Source of the DNA: a bacterium
GTDB lineage: Bacteria; UBA8248; JACPRG01; G963555815
Length of the DNA: 64,000 bases
Direction: 5' to 3'
Assembly: GCA_965261595.1 (NCBI GenBank)
Contig: CBDHDG010000007.1
Coordinates: forward strand, 384,001-448,000
In this document: piece by piece, positions 20,709-31,170 of the stretch
Position numbering within the stretch: position 1 is the first letter of the stretch
Layout of the letters: each line of letters begins with the position of its first letter
Notes under the pieces: model-generated
Told to the model about the DNA's origin: nothing
What the model saw: only the letters and a program-made list of their open reading frames with translations
Database searches by the model: none
Translations under genes and position numbers: made by a program

Positions 20709-23213
20709 AGCTCGGCAACCCTGCCAAGAAAGTCTTTGGCAAATTCCTGATAAGCTCTTTGAGTCTTGCGGTATCTCTCTCGGTTTCCAGCAATGGTATT
20801 TTTATCCTCTTGTTCCAGATCCACGTCAGGGAGAAGCCACATTGGTTGGTGGTATTTTTGCGCCATGCTTGGAAATGTGTTGTGGCTGTGGATTACAGAA
20901 TTTCCACCTATGGAGTCCGACAAGAGACCTTCGAAAGGTAACGAGTTCTCTGGATCCAAGTAATGTTCAATTGTTACCGGAATCTGTTTTGGACCGCCCC
21001 TGGGTTATTGGACACTCGGGTGAGGGTATTCGACCTCATGCGGCCTCCGCAACTTGAGCGAGTTTTTCCTGCCTTGCCTGGGCCGGCGTTCGGTAGCCGT
21101 AGCCCTCGAGAATCCAATGATGGTTGTACAGGTTCTTGAACTCAAGCAGCGCCCACCGCAGTTCCTCTACGGTGGCGAAAGAGCGCACCCACAGGAGATT
21201 CTCCTTCAAGATGCGGATGAACCACTCACAGTAGCCATTTCCCTCGGGCGCCCGCACGAAGCTGGGCGAACTGGTCATGCCCAGGTAGGCGATCTCCCGC
21301 TGAAAGTCATCGGACAGATAGGCGGGGCCGTGGTCGTGACGAACTTTAAGCCCCTCGGCGACGTCCGCCTCCAAGCCGGCGAAGCGCTCGGCGACCCCCT
21401 GCCGGATCGGCTCCAGGGCCTCGAAGCGGTTGCCGCTCTTGGCCGCATGGATCCCCACGCAGTCCACCGAGCAGTGATCCACCGCCACGAACACCGAGGC
21501 CATCCCCTCCTCGGTGGTCACCGTCGTCGTCATGTCCGTGCCCCACATTCGGTCGGGCCGCTCGGTGCGGATGGTCCCGTTGTGGGCCTTGGGACCTCGG
21601 GGTTTGCCCACCCGGTGGGGGGCCTGAAGCCCCGCCTCCCGCATCAGGCGACGCACCCGCTCCTTGCTGGTGCGGATGCCCGCGAAGCGCAGCCTCGCCC
21701 ACACCTTGCGGTAGCCCTCGCCATGGAAGGGAGAGTCCTCCAGGACCTGCCGGATGTGGCCGAGGAGTTCCGCATCGGTGCACGGGCCCACAGGGCCGCG
21801 CTTATTGGGCGTGGGGCGTTCATGAACGGGGACCGCCTCTCGCCGCCGTTGCGCGTAGACCGTGGAGCGCGCCAAGCCCCAAAGGGCGCACACCCGCTTC
21901 AGGCCGTAGGCTCTGCCCGTGGAGGTGAAGCGGGCCTGACTCATCGCCTCCACCTCCTGCCGGCTAAAGGGCGGCCGGCCTCCAGGCGGTCGATCTTCTC
22001 CCGCAGGACCTCGCCATCCATCGTGAGTTCGCCCACCTTGGCCTTGAGCCGGGCGTTCTCCTCGTCCCGCTCATCCGCCGGGCGGGCTTTGAGCGCCGCC
22101 TCGCCCCCGCGAAGGAACGCCTCGCGCCAGGCGGAAAGCCGAGCCGCTGTCGTGCCCAACTCGCGGCAGAGCGTCTCCAGGCTCTCGCCCCGCAAAAGAC
22201 GCAGGACCGCCTCCCGCTTGCGCTGGCAGGAGAACCGACCCCGCTCACTGCGATGCCCTGGGGCCTTGGCTCCGTTCGCCCTGCGGGCGCCCTCCGCCAA
22301 AGCCCCCTCTTGCTTTTGTTCGTTCATCGCGACACCCCTTTCTCCATGAATCATGGATCAATCGAGTGTCCAACAAAACCCTAGAGCGGGGGAGTTTCGC
22401 ATAATTGTAGTGTGCTTGCGCAAGATCGAGGTCATTCAGGGATCCCGAGTAACGTTTGGCATTGTAGATTGTCTAACCGATCAGCTTCACAAAGCTCTCG
22501 GGAAACTGGCTGCGTTTGGAGTCTGAGAGCAGGTGGAATATGCTGTCGAACTGTTTCCTCCACACACTCAAGGCGCTGGCGATGTTTCGAATTCCGTAAA
22601 CGGAGAACAGGTCTGGAGAACAGGGTATGAGGAAACCATCTGCCAATGTGAGAAGGTGGCGATTTAATGCACCTAGACTTGGAGAGGTATCAAATATCAC
22701 TAGATCGTAATCATATTTTTTTGTGTACTCGTATGACAACTGACGAACTCTCGTGGCAGTCCTTATTGCAAGTGGGTCTCCTTGATAGATACCGCTCCAT
22801 CGTTCGCCTATCTTTGCCTCGAACAGGTGAAGTGTGAGTCGTCCGGGAATGAGATGAACATTGTCTGTTAACTCTGCTGGTGGAGGTAATGTATCGAGTT
22901 CTCCAGTGCCGTCCTCTGTAGGTTTGAGAGCAAAATGGATCGTACGTGGCATCTTTATGAGTTTGACGAAATCTCTGTCCTTAAATTTGGCTAGCGAAGC
23001 GGCAAAATCGTCAATGAAATCTTCTTCCGGTGCCCAAATATCGTGAATTTTCTCCATACCCAAAGAAAAGATGGTTAGGTTACACTGCGGGTCAAGATCA
23101 ATTAGGAGGACTTTCTTGCCCATTTCACCAAGAGCATGCGCTAAGTGGAAAGTGAGGGTTGTCTTTCCAACGCCGCCCTTATTGTTGAAAATGGTGATGA
23201 TATCAGGATTCAT
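20705..23213 (-). pseudogene. ParA/Soj-family ATPase (366 aa when rejoined), split by IS3 copy 3 and carrying a TAG at 22473
   Basis: NNKGGVGKTT, IDLDPQCNLT, DTSPSLG; frame continuous across the IS after removing one duplication. Confidence 0.85.
20990..22393 (-). mobile_element. IS3-family element, copy 3
   Basis: Near-identical to copy 1; 4-bp duplication GTTT. Confidence 0.9.
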
Positions 23214-23350
23214 AAGAGGCGTTTCCTTTTGGTCACTTCGAGGTTTCTTGTTGTGCCAGTTTGGGGCTATTCTGGTCTGGATTGAAGATACGGTTAAATA
23301 GCAGGGTAAGTCAAATCTGTATGGCAAAATAGAGGTTCGATCTTAGCCCC

Positions 23351-24738
23351 GAGTTACTGTCAAATCTGGTGTATGGGCGTCCTGAATCAAGCGGCTTCCC
23401 TGCCCATCTCTCTCTCGTCAATCCCATCGATGAACTTCACGTCGGCGACCACGCCGGCCAGATGACGGAAGCCGCGTAGCCGACGCCAGCGTTTCTGGGC
23501 GCTCATGGCGAGTTGATGCACGAGGCTCAACGCCGTCTTCTCGCTCAGGCAGTTCCTGGTCTTCACCGTTCGCAGCCGTATGGTCGCGAAGGTCGATTCG
23601 ATGGGGTTGGTAGTCCGCAGGTGCTGCCAGTGAGCCGCCGGGAAGTCGTAGAAGGACAGAAGCGTCTCCCGATCCCTGGCCAGGCAGTCGGCGGCCTTGG
23701 GGTATTTGGCTTCGTAGGTGGCGACGAAGCGCTTGAACGCCTCCTCCGCTCTCGCCCGTGTATCCGCCCGCCAGATCTCATGCAACATCGACTTCGCGCT
23801 GCCCTGAAGGCGTTTGGGAAGCTTGTCGAGCACGTTCGCCGTCTTGTGCACCCAGCAGCGCTGCGCCCGGGTTTCTGGGTACACCTCGGCCAGGGCCGAC
23901 CAGAACCCGAGCCCTCCGTCGCCCACCGCCAGTTTCGCCGCCTTCACCCCGCGGTCGCGCAGGCTCAACAGCACCGCCTTCCAGCTCTCCTTCGATTCCC
24001 GGAACCCCGCATCCAGGGCCAGGAAGTGCTTGCAACCACGCACGTCGCAACCCACCACCACCAACAGACAACGCCGCTCCTCGCTGCGCACGTTCACGTA
24101 TATCCCGTCCGCCCACAGATACACGAACTCCTCGCCTCCCCAGTCACGCTCCCGCCATTGGGCGTACTCGACCTCCCAGCCGCCCTTGAGACGTGCGACA
24201 CTCGCCGCAGACAAACCCTTCACCGATTCGCCGAACAACGCTTGCAAGGCTTCCTCGAAGTCATTCGTCGATACCCCCTTCAGGTACAGCCACGGCACAA
24301 CCGCTTCCACCCGCCTCGTCTTCTTCAGGTAGGGCGGCAACAACTCCGAGCGGAAACAATGTCCCCCGCCGGACCTGTCCCGCGTCCGGGGAACACGGAC
24401 ACGGACCGGGCCGATTCCCGTCAAAACCTCCCGCGAAGGCAGGTAGCCGTTGCGAACGACCGATCGGCGTCCCCGACCGTCGCGCTCGGCCGCATGCTCC
24501 TCCAGGAAGGCCTGCAACTCCGCTTCCACGGCTTGTCGAATGATTTGCCGTGCGCCGTGGCGCACCACTTCGCTGAGTTCGTCCCGAAAGGCTGGATTCG
24601 AAAATGTAACCGTCGTATCTTTCTCCATGGTGGCGCATCTCCTCTCTCGCTGAATAACCGGGCTCTTCACAACCCCATTTCAGCAGGAATGCGCCGCCTT
24701 CTTCAATTCACCCCATACACCAGATCTGAGCGTATCTC
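23351..24738 (-). mobile_element. IS256-family element with apparently intact transposase (23387 to about 24628)
   Basis: WADGIY, VGDGGLGFW, QRCWVHK, TTNPIES; IRs GAGTTACTGTCAAATCTGGTGTATGGG / CCCATACACCAGATCTGAGCGTATCTC. Confidence 0.88.
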
Positions 24739-24859
24739 TAGCCTCTTAGCCCCCGGTTCCACTCCGAAGTGAACCATCTCCTGTTGCAGTTGTTAAATTA
24801 CTTTGAATGGCGCTAAACAAGTTAACGCTTATGGGGCGTCCCTACCGCGATCCCGAAAC

Positions 24860-25378
24860 CCGGACGCAGTGCTGCTGGGTGCACAAGACGGCGAACGTCC
24901 TCGACAAGCTGCCCAAGCGTCTTCAGGGCGAAGCCAAGTCGATGCTCCACGAGATGTGCGGGCCGATACACGGGTGAGAGCGAACAAGGAGTACGAGCGC
25001 TTCCTCGCCACCCATGAGGCGAAATACCCCAAGGCCGCCGACTGCCTGGCGAGGGACCGATAGGAACTGCTCGCCTTCTACGACTTCCCGGCGTCTCACT
25101 GGCAACACCTGCGGACCACCAACCCCATCGAGTCGACCTTCGCCACCATACGGTTGCGAACGGTGAAGACCAGGAACTGTCTGAGCGTGAAAACGGCGCT
25201 GAGCCTCGTGAACAAGCTCGCCATGAACAACCGGAAGCGATGGCGCCGCCTACGCGGCTTCCGTTAACTGGCCTGTGTGGTCGCCGATGTGAAGTTCATC
25301 GATGGGGTGGACGAAAGAGAGACGGGCAGGAAAGCCGCTTGATTTACGACAGCCATACATCAGATTTGACAGTAGCTC
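24860..25378 (+). pseudogene. Partial, diverged inverted copy of the adjacent IS256 (3' part)
   Basis: Homologous to 23351-23880, internal stops, ends in ...CAGATTTGACAGTAGCTC. Confidence 0.8.
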
Positions 25379-25399
25379 CATTTGCACAAGCTCTCGAGC

Positions 25400-26108
25400 T
25401 TATTTGAATCCTCCGCGACAAAACCAGTCGCTGTTGGCACAGGCTTCATACGTAGCCATTTGCCAAGAATTCTTAGACACATGTTCGCGAGAAACTACCA
25501 TCTCATTCAAATGCTTCCGTACCCCATAAGGGCCAGCCGTGTCCAGTAATTTAGATAAATAATAGCGAATGTTGACAAGTTCCTGAGCTGCTTGTACTGC
25601 ATAAAGCTTTGCAAGCTTGAATACCTCAAAATGTCGGGGAACTCGTAACTTTGTCAGGTAATCCCATGATTTATGCGGAACAACAAAGAAATGTAGACTG
25701 GCAGGCTTAACTTTTTTTACATTAGCGTACAGCCACCGATCATCCTGAATGCAGTCAAAGTATGGATGCAGCGTCACCTCTTCACCTTTTTGAGGTATGC
25801 CGTCAAGCTTAGCTTTGTTGCAATCCATACAAGCAGGTACCAAATTATCCGGTGCAACGACCAACGCCGGATAGTGTGCCATGGGCAAATGATGATCCAA
25901 TGTACTGACTGTTCTCTGTCCGCAAAGCGGGCAACGTGCATGTGGGGAAGACGAAAGAAGCTTGTCGTATATCGATCTTCCAAGTGCCCGTTTCTGAGCC
26001 ATCCGAGAGTTGTAGACGACAGCCATTTCTTGTTTCGTCACCACTCCACCTACATTGTCCGCAGTTGCTATGGTATTCAACTCCCCGGCGTTTGCTGCAC
26101 GTCCGTAC
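25400..26108 (-). pseudogene. HNH endonuclease (PtuB-like), N-terminus removed by IS3 copy 4
   Basis: CPLC...TLDHHLP...NLVPACMDCN...LHPYFD; low GC. Confidence 0.8.
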
Positions 26109-27512
26109 TCCCCCGCTCTAGGATTTTGTTGGACACTCGATTGATCCATGATTCATGGAGAAAGGGGTGTCGCGATGAACGAACAAAAGCAAGAGGGGGC
26201 TTTGGCGGAGGGCGCCCGTAGGGCGAACGGAGCCAAGGCCCCAGGGCATCGCAGTGAGCGGGGTCGGTTCTCCTGCCAGCGCAAGCGGGAGGCGGTCCTG
26301 CGTCTTTTGCGGGGCGAGAGCCTGGAGACGCTCTGCCGCGAGTTGGGCACGACAGCGGCTCGGCTTTCCGCCTGGCGCGAGGCGTTCCTTCGCGCGGGCG
26401 AGGCGGCGCTCAAAGCCCGCCCGGCGGATGAGCGGGACGAGGAGAACGCCCGGCTCAAGGCCAAGGTGGGCGAACTCACGATGGAGGGCGAGGTCCTGCG
26501 GGAGAAGATCGACCGCCTGGAGGCCGGCCGCCCTTTAGCCGGCAGGAGGTGGAGGCGATGAGTCAGGCCCGCTTCACCTCCACGGGCAGAGCCTACGGCC
26601 TGAAGCGGGTGTGCGCCCTTTGGGGCTTGGCGCGCTCCACGGTCTACGCGCAACGGCGGCGAGAGGCGGTCCCCGTTCATGAACGCCCCACGCCCAATAA
26701 GCGCGGCCCTGTGGGCCCGTGCACCGATGCGGAACTCCTCGGCCACATCCGGCAGGTCCTGGAGGACTCTCCCTTCCATGGCGAGGGCTACCGCAAGGTG
26801 TGGGCGAGGCTGCGCTTCGCGGGCATCCGCACCAGCAAGGAGCGGGTGCGTCGCCTGATGCGGGAGGCGGGGCTTCAGGCCCCCCACCGGGTGGGCAAAC
26901 CCCGAGGTCCCAAGGCCCACAACGGGACCATCCGCACCGAGCGGCCCGACCGAATGTGGGGCACGGACATGACGACGACGGTGACCACCGAGGAGGGGAT
27001 GGCCTCGGTGTTCGTGGCGGTGGATCACTGCTCGGTGGACTGCGTGGGGATCCATGCGGCCAAGAGCGGCAACCGCTTCGAGGCCCTGGAGCCGATCCGG
27101 CAGGGGGTCGCCGAGCGCTTCGCCGGCTTGGAGGCGGACGTCGCCGAGGGGCTTAAAGTTCGTCACGACCACGGCCCCGCCTATCTGTCCGATGACTTTC
27201 AGCGGGAGATCGCCTACCTGGGCATGACCAGTTCGCCCAGCTTCGTGCGGGCGTCCGAGGGAAATGGCTACTGTGAGTGGTTTATCCGCATCTTGAAGGA
27301 GAATCTCCTGTGGGTGCGCTCTTTCGCCACCGTAGAGGAACTGCGGTGGGCGCTGCTTGAGTTCAAGAACCTGTACAACCATCATTGGATTCTCGAGGGC
27401 TACGGCTACCGAACGCCGGCCCAGGCAAGGCAGGAAAAACTCGCTCAAGTTGCGGAGGCCGCATGAGGTCGAATACCCTCACCCGAGTGTCCAATAACCC
27501 AGGGGCGGTCCA
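26109..27512 (+). mobile_element. IS3-family element, copy 4
   Basis: Near-identical to copy 1; flanks GTAC / ACCG do not match. Confidence 0.9.
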
Positions 27513-27547
27513 ACCGAACGAAAACCGCGACCCGGAGAGACAAAACC

Positions 27548-27931
27548 ATGAGCGAAAACCAGCGAGCTGATGCCGAAACCGGCGCGACTCCAGACGAAAA
27601 ACAGACCGACACGCGCACGCCGCGGGCGATCCGGTTCTCGGATTCCGAGTGGGATGAGGTCAAAACGGCGGCAGCGGAGCATAAAATCCCGGCCGCCGAG
27701 TTCGTCCGCGATGCCGCGCTGGACCTCGCACGGAACAAGAACGTCGTGGACCCCGCCGCGATGCCGCCCGGAACCGTCGCGCTGATCGAGCGCATCTATC
27801 GAAGCACCTACATCGTTGCGACCCTCAAACGCGATGAAATGCTCCGCGAAGGGCGCGGCGACGAGCTCGACGAGATGATAAAATTGGCCCGGGAGACCCA
27901 GGCGACGATCCTGGAAGATGCCTCGAAATGA
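27548..27931 (+). CDS. Hypothetical protein, possible ribbon-helix-helix DNA-binding protein
   Basis: PRAIRFSDSEWDEVKTAA...AEFVRDAAL pattern; GGAGA RBS. Confidence 0.55.
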   Translation: MSENQRADAETGATPDEKQTDTRTPRAIRFSDSEWDEVKTAAAEHKIPAAEFVRDAALDLARNKNVVDPAAMPPGTVALIERIYRSTYIVATLKRDEMLREGRGDELDEMIKLARETQATILEDASK

Positions 27932-28004
27932 ACCCGCCCGTCGAGAAGCACCCGGCTACAGGCCGTATGCGTTCGATAGAAAACCGAAAGGGAGGGAGAG
28001 AACA

Positions 28005-28340
28005 ATGACGGAAACGGCGGGACTTGGTCGCATCGAAAAGGCCGACCTCCGTGAGGCCTGGCCGTATGAGGCCGCCGATTTCACTCCTTGGCTCGGGGAC
28101 CATGTATCGGAACCGGGCGCCGCCTTGGGGACTGGAACTCGAACTGGAATCCGAAGAAGCTCCGGTCGGGACATTGTCACTGGATTTGTTGGCTCGCGAC
28201 ACAGAACAAAGCGAACAACCGACCGAACGGTGATAATTCAAAAGCAACTAGATTCGACCGATCGTGACCATCTGGCCAAGCTGCTGACTAACGCGGGCGG
28301 CTGCGACGCAAACGTGATCGTCTGGGTTGTGCACAAAAAC
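28005..28340 (+). pseudogene. Frameshifted fragment of a DUF4268/NucS-like nuclease
   Basis: LREAWPYEAADFTPWL; LGLELEL..EAPVG.LSLDLLA and QLDSTDRDHL in different frames. Confidence 0.6.
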
Positions 28341-28389
28341 TCCGCAGGGAGCCCGATGAGCACTTGTGCCCTGCACACCGTCATCGACC

Positions 28390-29238
28390 CGTAAAGCCAC
28401 TGCGCGCCTGCGCCAACATCGTCATGAACCAAAGGAAGCCCGTAGCGCGCTATCTCAGCCGGGAGGAGCTCGAACGCCTGGGCGTGGTGCTGGACCGGCA
28501 CAATGACGAACACCCCTGGCCGGTGGCGGCCATTCGTCTGCTCACCCTGGCCGGGGCGCGGCTCTCCGAAGTGCTCAATCTGCGGTGGGAGGAGATCGGG
28601 GAGCTGTCCGAGGACGGCGGCGCAAACGCCCGGCTCGAAGACTCCAAGACCGGGCCGCGCACCATCTGGCTAGGGCCGGAGGCGGCGAAGGTCCTCGCGT
28701 CCCTTCCCCGGCGCGAGGGCCGGGTGTTTCCCGAGGATCTCACATCCCAACGGCTCTACGCCTTCTGGTGCGGCGTCCGGGAGGAAGAGGGACTGCCCGG
28801 CCTTCGTATTCACGACGCACGGCACACCTGGGCGTCCCAGGGCGTCATGAACGGTGTCGGGATCGCCACCGTGGGGCGGCGCTGCTCGGCCACAGGCAGC
28901 GGTCCACCACCGCGATCTATGCTCATCTTGACGATAACGCCTTGCAGGATGCCGCCGCGCAGGCGGCGCGAGTGATCGCCGAGGCCATGGGATACAAGGC
29001 CGAGCTGTTGCCGGAGGAGACGGATGACACCGTGGACGGCAGGCAAGCGCAGTCTGCTTCGTTCGAACCGTTGCCGCCATCGCCTGGGCCGCAGCGGCCG
29101 GAGGAACAGGAAGCCGATGTCATCGCCCGGTTGAGACGGTGGGACTGGCTGGGCGGTAGCAGATCGGAACCTTCGGACGGGGCAGGGTCGAAGGACAGGA
29201 GCGAGCCCACCCAGCCGCAGGGACTGGTGAATATTTGA
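28390..29238 (+). pseudogene. Second tyrosine integrase, catalytic half only, frameshifted
   Basis: GARLSEVLNLRW, DSKTGPR, RIHDARHT, then LLGH...IYAH in another frame. Confidence 0.82.
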
Positions 29239-29404
29239 CCCACACACCGGTGGGTGTCGAACCGTCCGGGCTGGGGAACCTAGGCTAAAGGACCGGAGCG
29301 TTCAGGCCGGAGCGGTCGTGCACGTCCGCTTTCCTGCTATGATGGCCGGGTTTTTCCGGGGAATTTTCCTCATTCGGCGGGTCTGTAACGGAATGGGGGA
29401 GAAG

Positions 29405-29888
29405 ATGATTTTGCTTGTCAGGCTGTTTTGCGTGGGGTTATGCCTGTGGCTTGTCACGTGGACGAGCGCGACCCCGGCATTGGCGGCGAGGGTTTCATGT
29501 AAGGCCTGGAACACGGGGGGATTCTTCTTGCGTACCGGCGTGGCGGATGTCTCCCGTTGCATGGGTGAAAGACCCGAACGCGAGGAATAAATACGGATTG
29601 ACACCCCTGCAGCGGGCGGTGGCGTGGAGTACAACCCCTGGGGCCGTGACCGCCCTGCTGGATGCCGGGGCCGATGTGAACGCGCGGGCTGAAAAAGGAG
29701 CGACCTCCCTACACGAGGCGGCGAGGTTCAGTGAACCCCCTGGGATCGTGACCGCTCTGCTGGATGCCGGGGCCAACCCGGAGGCAAGAGACAAAGGCGG
29801 TAAAACGCCGTGGGATCATATCAAAGCGGTTTCCCCTCTCAAGGGAACGGATGTCTACTGGCGGCTGCACGAAGGGCGGTTCAGATAG
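29405..29888 (+). pseudogene. Secreted ankyrin-repeat protein, frameshifted near 29565
   Basis: Signal peptide in one frame; two ankyrin repeats (TALLDAGADVNAR, TALLDAGANPEAR) in another. Confidence 0.75.
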
Positions 29889-30289
29889 TCCTGAGCGCAT
29901 TGCAAGGGACACGATGGTTCCATGGGCACGGCCGCCCCGGGGTTTGCCGTGAATGACACGAACGCCATGTTCGGTCCGGCCCTTGGCTTCAACTTCACGT
30001 CGTACTCCGACGCCATGTCTTGCGCTAAGTGCAGCACCATCCACCGCACGAGTGCGGGGGCCGAGACGCACGGCCCCAGACCAGGTGACGGATGCGGACC
30101 GACCGCTAAAATTGGAGCTGGTGAACCGCCTCGTGCGCTGAGAGCTGCGTGGTCATGAAAAGGACGATTTCCCAAGCACGTAGATTGGGTATGAAAAAGC
30201 GGCGCTTGTGAGAAACGACGACTAAGGTGTGCCTTAAAACGCGTGAACTAGAACGAATTCTTCCAAATTAAGTAGAGAAAGCCACAGGA

Positions 30290-31170
30290 ATGAAATTTCC
30301 CAGAGAAGTGCTAATTGATTTGGCACAAGAAGACATTCAGGGGGTCGATCCCCGTAAAGTGACAATATATAGCGGAATTACGACCTTCGTGGGACCGAAT
30401 GGTTCAGGAAAAACCCAGCTTATGAGGGGATTGAAGCGCGCGGTCGCTGAGCTAATTCCAGGTAAGAAAGTACGTTATGTTTCTGCTGGAAGATTAGGCC
30501 CCATCGAAAGCTACAGATCGGATTTCGACGGACGGCGAGGCGGGGTTAATTATGACAGCGCAACCTATGGCGATCAAAGCTCCATGGGAAGACGGCATCT
30601 AACTGAAACCGTGCTCGGTGATATGGCCAGCCTATCTGAGCGACAGGATATCTTGATCAAAGTCCAGGAAAGGTTAAGGAAGCTATTTAATAGGAATTTG
30701 CGAGTTGACTGGGACGGTGGCAATCTGCGGGTATTCTTCGAGAGGATTGATCTTGCGGCCAACGAATACTCGTCAGCACGGGAGGCGAGCGGCCTGCTGC
30801 ACCTCGTGGCGATACTAGCGGCGCTCTATGATGACGAAGTGAGCTGCATTCTGATCGACGAGCCAGAGGTATCGTTGCATCAGCAGTTGCAATCTTATCT
30901 TTATCAGGAAATGTCAAAAGTGGCTGGTGACCCAGACATCGATGGAAGAAAACTCATCTTCCTTTCGACCCACTCAACAGAATTCCTTCAACTTCAATCA
31001 GTTGACGATCTAGCATCTATCGTATTTTGCAGCGATATGTACGAAACGCCCGTGCAAATTGATCCGGACATTGTTGAATTCCGAAGTCGCTCAATAACGA
31101 CTTTGCTGTCCCGAATTGGGCAAGAATATAAATTGGCGCTCTTCTGCAAAAGACCGCTACTGGTTGAAGG
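30290..31170 (+). pseudogene. ABC-type ATPase of an OLD-like ATP-dependent nuclease, N-terminal part
   Basis: GPNGSGKT, ILIDEPEVSLH, STHS, ends at TOPRIM-like LLVEG where IS3 copy 5 begins. Confidence 0.82.

Noticed and set aside
20705..23213. ParA as a partition system
   Set aside because: No parB or parS-like repeats; coupled to a synthetase gene instead
29890..30280. Short overlapping ORFs between the ankyrin and ATPase genes
   Set aside because: No recognisable motif or RBS
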